Shown piece by piece: positions 55,656 through 64,000 of a stretch of DNA of 64,000 bases. Source of the DNA: Candidatus Levyibacteriota bacterium (lineage in GTDB: Bacteria > Patescibacteriota > Microgenomatia > Levybacterales > UBA12049); NCBI GenBank assembly GCA_027459745.1, contig DAIDHL010000002.1, forward strand, positions 191,310 to 255,309. The letters run 5' to 3'. The position numbers were made by a program, and so were the translations under genes. Numbering within the stretch: position 1 is the first letter of the stretch; every line of letters begins with the position of its first letter. A model generated the notes under the pieces. That model had not been told where the DNA came from, did no database searches, and worked only from the letters and a program-made list of their open reading frames with translations.

Positions 55656-56045
55656 ATGAATTATCATGTATCAGATTTTTTAATCAGAATAAAAAATGCA
55701 TCTTATGCACATCGCAAGGAGGTTTATATGCCCTATTCTAAGCTCAGTGAAGCGATTGCTAAAGTCTTAGTGAAGGAAGGTTTCTTGGCAGAAGTCAAAG
55801 CAGAAACGGTAGAAGCAAAAAAACAATTATTGGTCAGTCTGCGTTATGTTAATCGTCGTCCTGTCGTAGAAGGAGTGAAAATTATTTCCAAACCTTCTTT
55901 GCGTACATATGCCACTAATAAAAAGATCTCAGCTGCACACAATGGTTCTATGGTCTCAGTCTTGTCTACAAGTAAAGGTGTAATGTCAGGACGTGAGGCT
56001 AATAAGAAAGGAGTAGGAGGAGAATTACTTTTTCAAATTTGGTAA
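55656..56045 (+). CDS. rpsH: 30S ribosomal protein S8
   Basis: DFLIRIKNA...GGELLFQIW matches S8. Confidence 0.9.
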   Translation: MNYHVSDFLIRIKNASYAHRKEVYMPYSKLSEAIAKVLVKEGFLAEVKAETVEAKKQLLVSLRYVNRRPVVEGVKIISKPSLRTYATNKKISAAHNGSMVSVLSTSKGVMSGREANKKGVGGELLFQIW

Positions 56046-56074
56046 TTTGCAAAAGTTTCTACTGCTAATAATAT

Positions 56075-56629
56075 ATGTCAAAAATTGGAAGAATGCCTAT
56101 TAAAATTCAGTCAGGAGTAACGGTAAGTTTGGATAATAGCAAGGTTGTTGTAAAAGGTACTAAAGGTGAACTCAATTTTATTATACCAAATGATATTAAT
56201 GTCGCTATAGCAGATGATCAGATTGTAGTAAGTCAGAAAAATCCAAATGACGTTACTAAGCGTGCCTTGTTTGGATTAACAAGAGCTTCTTTAGCTAACT
56301 TGCTAACAGGCGTTAACCAAGGGTTTGAAAAAAAATTAGAATTATCAGGGGTTGGATATCGTGCACAGATGCAGGGTAGTGATTTGCAGTTATCTTTAGG
56401 CTTTTCTCACCCTGTAAAAATTAAAGCTAAGCCTGGAATTAATTTCTCCGTAGCAGATAATGTGATTACTGTAGCGGGAATTGATAAAATGATAGTTGGG
56501 GAAATGGCAGCCGAGATTAGAAGTATACGTCCGCCCGAACCATATAAAGGTAAGGGTATCAAGTATGTTGGAGAATATATTAGACGTAAGGCTGGTAAAG
56601 CAGCCAAGGCTGTAGGAGCAGCTAAATGA
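56075..56629 (+). CDS. rplF: 50S ribosomal protein L6
   Basis: MSKIGRMPIKIQSGVTV...VGYRAQ matches L6. Confidence 0.9.
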   Translation: MSKIGRMPIKIQSGVTVSLDNSKVVVKGTKGELNFIIPNDINVAIADDQIVVSQKNPNDVTKRALFGLTRASLANLLTGVNQGFEKKLELSGVGYRAQMQGSDLQLSLGFSHPVKIKAKPGINFSVADNVITVAGIDKMIVGEMAAEIRSIRPPEPYKGKGIKYVGEYIRRKAGKAAKAVGAAK

Positions 56630-56711
56630 CGCTTTGCGTGGTCCTGAGCTGCAGTAAAAGCAACGAAGGATATAGTTTGATTCTGGTCCAAGCTAGAATG
56701 ACAATAAAATT

Positions 56712-57041
56712 ATGAAAAAAAATAAATTACAAAGACAAAGAAGAATTAGAGCAAAAATATTTGGTACGGCTGATCGTCCCCGTTTGAGTGTATATCGTTC
56801 AAATAAGGGAATTGCTGTACAATTGATTGACGATTCAAAACAGATAACCTTATTAGCAAAGCGTGATGCCAAAGGTAGTGGTAATAAAACAGGCAAAGCT
56901 AAAACTTTGGGAATGGAAATTGCCAAATTAGCTTTAGAAAAGAAAATTAAAACTGTAATTTTTGATAAAGGCAGCTATGCTTATCATGGTAGAGTCAAAG
57001 CTGTTGCTGAAGGAGCCAGAGAAGGAGGTCTAACGTTCTAG
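56712..57041 (+). CDS. rplR: 50S ribosomal protein L18
   Basis: RQRRIRAKIFGTADRPRLSVYRSNKGIAVQLIDD...DKGSYAYHGRVKAVAEGAREGGL matches L18. Confidence 0.85.
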   Translation: MKKNKLQRQRRIRAKIFGTADRPRLSVYRSNKGIAVQLIDDSKQITLLAKRDAKGSGNKTGKAKTLGMEIAKLALEKKIKTVIFDKGSYAYHGRVKAVAEGAREGGLTF

Positions 57042-57107
57042 TTTAGAGCGTAGAGTGTATGGTTATATAACCATACACAATAAACTTTATACTGTTCACT
57101 TATTGAT

Positions 57108-57638
57108 ATGGATAATAGAAACAATAGACAATTTAATCAAAATAGAAATCGAGATCGTCAAAATAATGCGCCTCGTATAGAAAGTGAGTTTGATGAAAAG
57201 ATAGTACGTATCAGTCGTACCTCTAAGAAAACTCAAGGTGGAAATAAAATTGGTTTTACAGCTTTGGCTGTAGTGGGAGATAAAAAAGGTAAGGTTGGAG
57301 TAGGTCTTGGTAAAGCTCCTGACGTTGCAAATGCCATTCGGAAGGGTATTATCTTGGCCAAAAAACATATGGTTGAAGTTCCTATTGTCAATGGAACAAT
57401 TCCTTTTCGCGTGGATGTTAAAGTTGGTGCAGCTCAGGTCATGTTAAAACCAGCTCCTATAGGAAGTGGAGTTATAGCTGGGGGAGCTATTCGTAGTGTG
57501 GTTTCTGCAGCTGGAATTAAGAATATCTCTTCTAAAGTGATGGGTACAAAAAATCAAGCTAATAACGTAGTCGCCACCTTGGAAGCTTTGAGAATTTTGA
57601 GTGAACGTAGTGCCAAAAAGGCAGCCTTGAAGAAATAA
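57108..57638 (+). CDS. rpsE: 30S ribosomal protein S5 (with about 30-aa N/R/Q-rich N-terminal extension)
   Basis: The S5 core RISRTSKKTQGGNKIGFTALAVVGD...NNVVATLEAL is present. The preceding MDNRNNRQFNQNRNRDRQNNAPRIESEFDEK is extra. Confidence 0.9.
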   Translation: MDNRNNRQFNQNRNRDRQNNAPRIESEFDEKIVRISRTSKKTQGGNKIGFTALAVVGDKKGKVGVGLGKAPDVANAIRKGIILAKKHMVEVPIVNGTIPFRVDVKVGAAQVMLKPAPIGSGVIAGGAIRSVVSAAGIKNISSKVMGTKNQANNVVATLEALRILSERSAKKAALKK

Positions 57639-57639
57639 T

Positions 57640-58077
57640 ATGAATATTCATAGTTTACCATCGATTATAAGTAAAAAGAGACGTCGTTTAGGTCAAGGAC
57701 ATGGTTCGGGTAGAGTAAAAACTTCCGGCCGTGGTACAAAGGGACAAAATGCGCGCAGTTCTCGTGGGTTAAAATTTGAAGGAGGAGCATTACCGTTAAC
57801 CAAAAGATTACCATATTTACGTGGTAAAGGACGTAACAAAGCTAACGTTAAGCCGGTTGTAATTAATTTAGCAGATTTAAACAATTTTGCTGCAAAAAGT
57901 ACTGTCACGCTTGACAGTTTAGTAGAAAAAAAACTAATCAGGTTAGACGATGCGCAGGATAGAGGAGTTAAAATTTTAGGAGATGGAGAATTAAAAGTTG
58001 CCTTGACTATTAGTTTACCCATTTCCAAAAAAGCACAAACAAAAGTTGAAAAAGCCGGTGGTACAGTCAGTCTGTAG
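57640..58077 (+). CDS. rplO: 50S ribosomal protein L15
   Basis: KRRRLGQGHGSGRVKTSGRGTKGQN matches L15. It starts 2 nt after the rpsE stop, so no rpmD sits between them. Confidence 0.85.
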   Translation: MNIHSLPSIISKKRRRLGQGHGSGRVKTSGRGTKGQNARSSRGLKFEGGALPLTKRLPYLRGKGRNKANVKPVVINLADLNNFAAKSTVTLDSLVEKKLIRLDDAQDRGVKILGDGELKVALTISLPISKKAQTKVEKAGGTVSL

Positions 58078-58156
58078 TCTTTGGTCATTTGTCTTTAGTG
58101 AAATAGAATGGTTATTTAGCTAGAGACGAACGACTAAAAAACCAAAGACCAAATAC

Positions 58157-59449
58157 ATGAACAGTATAACTTCAATTTTTAAAACAGCCTTTAGTACTCC
58201 AGAAATTCGTAATAAAATTCTTTTTACAGCACTGATTTTTTTAGTCTTTCGTATTTTCGCTCATGTTCCTGTGGCAGGTGTTAATGTCGCTCAACTAAAA
58301 AGTCTTTTCGCACAAAATCAGTTTTTAGGTTTATTAGACATTTTTTCTGGAGGGACGTTAGCTAACTTTTCCATCATGGCTTTAGGATTGAATCCTTATA
58401 TCAACGCTTCGATTATTCTACAACTACTAATGATGGTGATGCCCAAACTAGAAGAGTTACAAAAAGAAGGTGAAAGCGGACGTAGAAAAATTAATCAATA
58501 TACTCGTATGCTGACTGTACCATTAGCCGTTTTACAGTCGATTGGTATGTATGCATTACTAAGATCTCAGAGCATTATTATTACTCTTAGTCCTGTGCAA
58601 GTAATTGTATTTATCCTGACGATGACCGCAGGTACCATGTTATTAGTTTGGTTAGGTGAACTAATTACAGAACGTGGAGTGGGGAATGGTATTTCTTTAT
58701 TGATTTTTGCCGGAATTGTAGGCAGATTGCCCATAGCTTTGACCCAGACTGCTTCTACGGCTTCTACACAGTCAGTCGTAAGTTATTTAACCTTTGGCGT
58801 GCTAGGATTAATTGTAGTAATTTCCATTATTATCATCAACGAGGCGACCAGACAAATTACAGTTTATTACGCTCGCCGTTCTAGAGGAAATAATATTGCC
58901 AGCGGCAGCGACACTACTCACCTACCTTTACGGTTGAATCAGGCAGGTGTGATTCCGATTATTTTTGCTGTATCTTTGGTCTTATTGCCTTCAGTGGTCG
59001 GTAATTATTTGCTTACCTCCAAGAATGCGGCTCTGTATGCTATTGGCACTAATTTAACTCAATGGTTTAGTACCACAAGTATTTCATACAATGTTATTTA
59101 TTTTCTACTCGTTTTAGCCTTTACTTTCTTCTATACGGCTGTGGTTTTCAATCCCAAGAAAATTGCAGAAGAAATGCAGAAGGCAGGTGGCTTTATCCCT
59201 GGTGTCCGTCCCGGTAAGCCCACAAGCCAGTATTTGAATTACATTATGACGCGTATTACCTTAGTTGGGGCAGTATTTTTAGGTATCATAGCCGTCTTCC
59301 CTACTGTTGTTAGTTCTGCTACAGGAATTTCAACTTTAACTTTGGGTGGTACTGGTATTTTGATCGTAGTAAGTGTGGTATTAGATACATATAAGTCAAT
59401 TGAGGCTAATCTTGTTATGCGAAATTATGAAGGATTTTTAGAAAGGTAG
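58157..59449 (+). CDS. secY: Preprotein translocase subunit SecY
   Basis: The product is 430 aa with 10 TM helices, and the SecY signature [11 protein letters not shown] is present. Confidence 0.9.
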   Translation: MNSITSIFKTAFSTPEIRNKILFTALIFLVFRIFAHVPVAGVNVAQLKSLFAQNQFLGLLDIFSGGTLANFSIMALGLNPYINASIILQLLMMVMPKLEELQKEGESGRRKINQYTRMLTVPLAVLQSIGMYALLRSQSIIITLSPVQVIVFILTMTAGTMLLVWLGELITERGVGNGISLLIFAGIVGRLPIALTQTASTASTQSVVSYLTFGVLGLIVVISIIIINEATRQITVYYARRSRGNNIASGSDTTHLPLRLNQAGVIPIIFAVSLVLLPSVVGNYLLTSKNAALYAIGTNLTQWFSTTSISYNVIYFLLVLAFTFFYTAVVFNPKKIAEEMQKAGGFIPGVRPGKPTSQYLNYIMTRITLVGAVFLGIIAVFPTVVSSATGISTLTLGGTGILIVVSVVLDTYKSIEANLVMRNYEGFLER

Positions 59450-59453
59450 ATCT

Positions 59454-59999
59454 ATGAAAATTATTCTAATTGGTATTCAAGGTGCTGGAAAGTCAACTCA
59501 GGGTAATATGCTCTCTAAAAAGTTTAAAATTCCTTATTTGTCGACTGGACATATTTTTCGTCAAATTTCTAAAGAGCATTCCCCCCTGGGTCGTTATATT
59601 AAAGAAGTGATGAATGCCGGTTACCTTATTCCGGATGACAAAACCTTGGAAATTGTTAGTGAGTATTTGAGTAGGCCAGAATATGAAGAAGGTTATATCC
59701 TAGACGGTTTTCCTCGCACGATTCAACAGGCAGAAAAATTCTCCAATGGTATCACGAAGGCAGTTTATTTGAAAGTGTCTGACAAAGAGGCGTTATGGCG
59801 CTTAGCTGGGCGATCTGTTACAGAAAAAGAGACACGCGATGATGATACATTAAAAGCAATTTTCAAAAGAATTGAGCTTTTTCATAAATTTACTGAGCCG
59901 GTTTTGGCACATTACCGCCATCATCATAAATTAGTGGAAGTAGATGGGGAGAAACCTATTGCGGAAGTATTCCAAGAAATCGTCGAAAAGTTAGCTTAA
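59454..59999 (+). CDS. adk: Adenylate kinase (short-LID type)
   Basis: The P-loop GIQGAGKSTQG, the NMP-binding LSTGHIFR, and ILDGFPRT are present. The product is 181 aa. Confidence 0.85.
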   Translation: MKIILIGIQGAGKSTQGNMLSKKFKIPYLSTGHIFRQISKEHSPLGRYIKEVMNAGYLIPDDKTLEIVSEYLSRPEYEEGYILDGFPRTIQQAEKFSNGITKAVYLKVSDKEALWRLAGRSVTEKETRDDDTLKAIFKRIELFHKFTEPVLAHYRHHHKLVEVDGEKPIAEVFQEIVEKLA

Positions 60000-60031
60000 A
60001 TTTTTACTTTATAAAACCTCTTGAGTTTGAT

Positions 60032-60604
60032 ATGCAACAAAACAAAATTTATGTTTTTATTGGACCGGAAGGAGCCGGCAAATCCACTCAAGCTAAATTA
60101 TTAGCAGAAGCTATTAATTTACCTTACGTTTCAACCGGCAAAATGATTCGTATCTTCGCAGACAATGATGTGGGAGAATTAGGAGACGCAGCCAGAGAGA
60201 TGTTTGCAAAGAACAGTTATTTAGAAGCCAAATATTTGAGCAGTATTTTTGTTCAAACCTTAAGCAATAATAAATATCAGCAAGGTGTTGTTCTAGACGG
60301 AAGTTTGCGCACCTTTGAAGAAACTAAGCAATTTGATGATTTATTACAGCGAGCCAATTTGACACTACCTATATTGGTTGTATATATTAATATTCCTGAA
60401 GAGGAGAGTATTAAACGTTTGATACTCCATCGTAAGCGCAATGATGATACAATAGAGGGCATAAAATTGCGGCTAGCACATTTCAACGACCAGTTGTCTG
60501 AGCGCTTACAGATTATAAAAAGTAGATATAAATTATTATCGTTTGATGGAATGATGTCAATTGAAGATGTGCATGAGCAAGTGATGAAGGTAATTTATGA
60601 ATAA
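60032..60604 (+). CDS. Divergent adenylate-kinase-like nucleoside-monophosphate kinase (second paralog)
   Basis: FIGPEGAGKSTQAKLL, VSTGKMIR, VLDGSLRT (in place of DGFPRT) and HRKRNDDTIEGIKLR are present. The product has an adk-like fold with substituted NMP-site residues. Confidence 0.55.
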   Translation: MQQNKIYVFIGPEGAGKSTQAKLLAEAINLPYVSTGKMIRIFADNDVGELGDAAREMFAKNSYLEAKYLSSIFVQTLSNNKYQQGVVLDGSLRTFEETKQFDDLLQRANLTLPILVVYINIPEEESIKRLILHRKRNDDTIEGIKLRLAHFNDQLSERLQIIKSRYKLLSFDGMMSIEDVHEQVMKVIYE

Positions 60605-61289
60605 AGGATATATTATTGCGATTGATGGGCCGGTGGCATCCGGCAAGGGAACAATTGCTAAGGGTCTGGCTAGCAGATTAAATGCTTTTTTTCTGACGAC
60701 AGGTATGTTTTATCGTGCAGTTACTTACTATTGCCTACAACATAATATCAGTCTTGAGGATAGTGAGGCTGTAAAGAGAATCTTGCCGGACATAAAAGTA
60801 AGTGTAAGTGGTGATACTACTATATTGAATGGCGAGAATGTCACAGATAAACTTAAACATTCGGAGGTAGATAAGAATGTTACTGTTGTGGCTAACTATC
60901 CTTTTGTAAGAGAATACTTGATTCCTATACAAAGAGCAATTGGGGTTAAAGTTGCACAAGAAAAGATTGTCATTGCTGAGGGTAGAGATATGGCGACCAA
61001 AGTTTTTCCCAATGCCGAGGTTAAAATATATCTTACAGCTGAATTAGAAACTCGTGCAAAGAGAAGGTATATACAGCAAAATTTAGAGACCAATGAAAGC
61101 TTGCAGCAGGTTCTGGAAGAGACCAGAGAAAGGGATGAAAACGATATGTTTGGTGAATTACAATATTTGGTATCTGAGCCGGAAAGATATGGATACACGG
61201 TTATTGATGACACGAATTTGACAGAAGAGCAAACTATTGAGAGAATATTAAGAGTTATTGATGAGGTAAGAGGATATAAGAATTTATGA
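60597..61289 (+). CDS. cmk: Cytidylate kinase
   Basis: IIAIDGPVASGKGTIAKGLASRL is present. Downstream RDM and EIKIYLTA.LETRAKRR are typical of Cmk. Confidence 0.85.
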   Translation: MNKGYIIAIDGPVASGKGTIAKGLASRLNAFFLTTGMFYRAVTYYCLQHNISLEDSEAVKRILPDIKVSVSGDTTILNGENVTDKLKHSEVDKNVTVVANYPFVREYLIPIQRAIGVKVAQEKIVIAEGRDMATKVFPNAEVKIYLTAELETRAKRRYIQQNLETNESLQQVLEETRERDENDMFGELQYLVSEPERYGYTVIDDTNLTEEQTIERILRVIDEVRGYKNL

Positions 61290-62059
61290 TTGATATAAAA
61301 ACACCAGAAGAAATTAAGGTCATGCAGCATGGAGGAAAGATTCTCTCGGAGGTGATGTGGGAAGTTTGTAGAGCTGCCAAACCAGGAGTTTCTGAACTAG
61401 AACTAGACGAAATGGCCGAGAAGTTAATACGGCAAAAGGGGGGAGAGCCAGGTTTTATGAAAGTACCAGGTTACCACCATACTATTTGTGCATGTACAAA
61501 CGATGTTGTGGTACATGGTATTCCTACCAATTATCGTCTTAAGGAGGGAGATATTATTGATATTGATATGGGTGTCTTTTATGGAGGTTTTCATACTGAT
61601 ATGTGTGAAACAGTCAAAATCAAAAGTCAAAACGCAAAAATTAAAAACGAAATTCAGATTGATGATTTTTTGGCAGCTGGTAAAAGAGCTCTAAATGCAG
61701 GTATTAAACAAGCGAAGGCTGGCAATCGTATAGGGCATATCTCACAGGTAATTCAGCAAATTGTGGAAAAAGAAAATGACTATTCAGTCGTTCGTAGTCT
61801 AATTGGACATGGGGTAGGTCGTGAATTGCACGAAGAGCCAGAAGTTCCTGGGTATTTGGAAGGCTCCATTGAGAAGACTCAGCTATTGAAGCCAGGCATG
61901 ACAATTGCCATAGAAGTGATTTATAATATGGGAAAACAAGCTGTTGTCTATTTAGGCACAGATGAGTGGACAATAGTAAGTAAAGATGGGTCTTTATCAG
62001 CCGTGTTTGAGCGTAGTGTAGCGATCACAGAGGGTGAACCTTTAATACTTACTCCCTAG
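61286..62059 (+). CDS. map: Methionine aminopeptidase type I
   Basis: The metal ligands lie in context (IIDIDMG, HTD, GHGVGRELHE, E...E). The product is 257 aa. Confidence 0.9.
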   Translation: MIDIKTPEEIKVMQHGGKILSEVMWEVCRAAKPGVSELELDEMAEKLIRQKGGEPGFMKVPGYHHTICACTNDVVVHGIPTNYRLKEGDIIDIDMGVFYGGFHTDMCETVKIKSQNAKIKNEIQIDDFLAAGKRALNAGIKQAKAGNRIGHISQVIQQIVEKENDYSVVRSLIGHGVGRELHEEPEVPGYLEGSIEKTQLLKPGMTIAIEVIYNMGKQAVVYLGTDEWTIVSKDGSLSAVFERSVAITEGEPLILTP

Positions 62060-62209
62060 CCTTGCGCTTGCGTAGTGGGTTTGCTATAATATCCTAAGTT
62101 CAAATGCAAAATTCAAAAGGCAAAATTGCAAGTCAAAATTAAAAGTTTGCTCGCAGTATTCTAGCGAATTACATTTTGATCTTTGCATTTTGAGTATTGA
62201 ATTTTTTTT

Positions 62210-62428
62210 ATGGCTCACCAAGGTTCATTTGAGAAAGATGGAATAGTTCGAGAGTCTCTGCCTAATACATTGTTTAGAGTAGAGTTAGAGGATGGGACGA
62301 TTGTTTTATGCCATTTATCTGGAAAATTACGAATGAATTTTATTAAAATTCTTCCAGGTGATAAAGTCAGAATTGAAATGACGCCATATGATTTAAACAA
62401 AGGACGTATTATATTGCGTTATAGATAG
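62210..62428 (+). CDS. infA: Translation initiation factor IF-1
   Basis: The product is 72 aa, with the S1-like fold [31 protein letters not shown]. Confidence 0.9.
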   Translation: MAHQGSFEKDGIVRESLPNTLFRVELEDGTIVLCHLSGKLRMNFIKILPGDKVRIEMTPYDLNKGRIILRYR

Positions 62429-62440
62429 AGGAGATTAATT

Positions 62441-62554
62441 ATGAAAGTACAAGCTAGTGTAAAAAAACGATGTATGAAATGTAAAATAATTCGACGTAAA
62501 GGTGTGGTTCGGGTGATTTGCTCCACTCCGAAGCATAAACAACGTCAAGGATAA
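62441..62554 (+). CDS. rpmJ: 50S ribosomal protein L36
   Basis: [37 protein letters not shown] is 37 aa with the C-x2-C-x12-C-x4-H zinc ribbon. It falls below the ORF-track cutoff. Confidence 0.8.
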   Translation: MKVQASVKKRCMKCKIIRRKGVVRVICSTPKHKQRQG

Positions 62555-62564
62555 TTTATTTAAT

Positions 62565-62972
62565 ATGAGATTTTTAGGGACTAACATACCAGATAACAAA
62601 AGAATTGATATTGCTTTAACCTATCTGTACGGTATAGGTAGAAGTAATGTTAAGAAAGTCTTAACTGCTGCTGGTGTTCAAGATAGTATTAGAGCCAAAA
62701 CATTGTCCGAAGATGACATTAAGAAGTTAACTAATGTTCTGGAAAGTTACAAGCTTGAGGGTGATTTAAGAGCAGAAGTAAGTGGGAATATTAGAACTTT
62801 ACGTGATATTGGTGCTTATCGTGGTATGCGTCATGCTAGAAACTTACCGGCACGGGGGCAAAGGACTCGATCCAATGCTAGAACTAAGCGTGGTAAAAGA
62901 ATGACTATTGGTGCAATTAAAAAAGAAGTAGCAGCAAAGATAGAAGCAGCTGCTACAGCTAAAACAAAATAA
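62565..62972 (+). CDS. rpsM: 30S ribosomal protein S13
   Basis: RFLGTNIPDNKRIDIALTYLYGIGRS matches S13. Confidence 0.9.
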   Translation: MRFLGTNIPDNKRIDIALTYLYGIGRSNVKKVLTAAGVQDSIRAKTLSEDDIKKLTNVLESYKLEGDLRAEVSGNIRTLRDIGAYRGMRHARNLPARGQRTRSNARTKRGKRMTIGAIKKEVAAKIEAAATAKTK

Positions 62973-63001
62973 CTAAGAATATAAATCTATAATTTAAGGA
63001 T

Positions 63002-63406
63002 ATGGCAACTAAAAAAACGACAAAATTAACAACAAGCAAAAAGAACACAGTTGATACTGTGTCTAAACATGGCAGATTGTTTGTAACAGCTACCTTTAAT
63101 AATACTCTAGTTACCATAACAGATGATAGAGGTAATGCTATATCTTGGAGTTCAGCTGGTAATGCGGGTTTTCGTGGAACACGCAAATCTACTCCTTTTG
63201 CTGCTTCAACAGCCGTCGAGATTGCTGCCAAAAAGGCGGTCGAGAGAGGTATGGAAACGGTTGATGTCTTTGTAAAAGGCCCTGGATCAGGTAGAGATTC
63301 ATCCTTAAGAGCGGTAAAAGCAGCAGGTTTATCAATTAATTCGATTGCGGATATTACACCAATTCCGCATAATGGACCACGTCCACCTGTTCGTCGACGT
63401 GTTTAA
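63002..63406 (+). CDS. rpsK: 30S ribosomal protein S11
   Basis: [30 protein letters not shown]...[13 protein letters not shown] matches S11. Confidence 0.9.
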   Translation: MATKKTTKLTTSKKNTVDTVSKHGRLFVTATFNNTLVTITDDRGNAISWSSAGNAGFRGTRKSTPFAASTAVEIAAKKAVERGMETVDVFVKGPGSGRDSSLRAVKAAGLSINSIADITPIPHNGPRPPVRRRV

Positions 63407-63417
63407 TATTTAATCAT

Positions 63418-64000
63418 ATGGCAAGATATACTGGACCAAAACATAAGTTAGCAAGAAGAGAAGGTATAAATGTATTGGATAAAACTTCCAATAGTTTACT
63501 TCGACGTTTATCTGTTCCGCCAGGCGTACATGGAAAAAAACGTAAGAAAAAAATGTCTGAGTATGGTTTACAGATGCGAGAAAAACAAAAAGCCAAGGCT
63601 ATTTATGGACTTTTAGAAAAGCAATTTAAAGGCTTGGTTGACAGAGTATCTACCCAAACAGGCGATACTGGTGAATTATTACTCTCTTTATTGGAAACCA
63701 GATTAGATAATGTAGTTTATCGTTTAGGATTTTCCTCCAGTCGTTTTATGTCTCGTCAATTAGTTTCGCATGGACATATCTTAGTTAATGGTAAAAAAAT
63801 GTCTATTCCTTCTTATCAAGTTAAGGTTGATGAAGTAGTCAGTTTAAGTCCAAAGTTGCAAAAAAATTCACAAATTGCTAAACTATTAGAGGACACTCCC
63901 AATATCTTGCCGTTTTTGGAGCGACAAGCAACCACTGGCAAATTATTACGCATGCCAAAAGGAGCAGATATTGAAGTGCCATTCAATACTCAACAGATTA
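63418..64000 (+). CDS. rpsD: 30S ribosomal protein S4 (3'-truncated by window end)
   Basis: MARYTGPKHKLARREG... is the S4 N-terminus. The ORF runs to the window edge. Confidence 0.85.
   Translation, partial: MARYTGPKHKLARREGINVLDKTSNSLLRRLSVPPGVHGKKRKKKMSEYGLQMREKQKAKAIYGLLEKQFKGLVDRVSTQTGDTGELLLSLLETRLDNVVYRLGFSSSRFMSRQLVSHGHILVNGKKMSIPSYQVKVDEVVSLSPKLQKNSQIAKLLEDTPNILPFLERQATTGKLLRMPKGADIEVPFNTQQI

Noticed and set aside
58078-58156. Long-range complementarity GTCTTTGG...CCAAAGAC in the rplO-secY spacer as a regulatory structure
   Set aside because: It is a single 8-bp pairing across about 55 nt with no supporting covariation. It could be chance in AT-rich sequence.
1-64000. Alternative genetic code (UGA recoding as in Gracilibacteria/Absconditabacteria)
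   Set aside because: Long conserved genes (fusA, tuf, clpB, secY, pcrA) are full-length under code 11 with no in-frame UGA interruptions, so standard code applies.

Overview
The window is a low-GC bacterial segment, about 35% GC by eye, read with standard code 11 (no long ORF is interrupted by TGA). I place it in the Patescibacteria/CPR lineage. The 3' 16 kb carries a near-complete S10-spc-alpha ribosomal protein cluster, rpsJ through rpsD, with no rpmD (L30) between rpsE and rplO. That cluster also shows tandem adk paralogs, an inserted cmk, and extended or truncated r-protein termini. The 5' 48 kb carries cell-envelope, repair and lipid modules, and fusA and tuf stand alone in it, not in a str operon. 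Conserved genes elsewhere in the window include clpB (no N-domain), a Zn-ribbon RNase HI, a FemAB-family protein, pcrA/uvrD and tpiA. Five modules stand out as candidate systems:
- A lexA-mazG-like operon with a Cheo-type operator, with family-4 UDG, HxlR and LUD-domain genes nearby.
- A 14 kb minus-strand surface-glycosylation supercluster (16.3-29.9 kb): four GT-C-type membrane glycosyltransferases, an epimerase, a FAD oxidoreductase, an LCP protein, and a Thr/Pro-stalk surface protein.
- A tightly coupled four-gene operon of single-pass membrane proteins (PilN/PilO-like), whose last gene is that surface protein.
- A lipid-salvage operon (PHP phosphoesterase, DAG-kinase-like, CarS-like CTP transferase) beside a CDP-alcohol phosphatidyltransferase.
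- An accessory island between tuf and rpsJ encoding a 897-aa Cys-rich, N/S/T-tailed giant surface protein with HEXXH and alpha/beta-hydrolase neighbours.
No rRNA, tRNA, CRISPR array or transposase was recognisable by eye. All calls come from reading the translated ORFs and the DNA directly; nothing was searched against a database.
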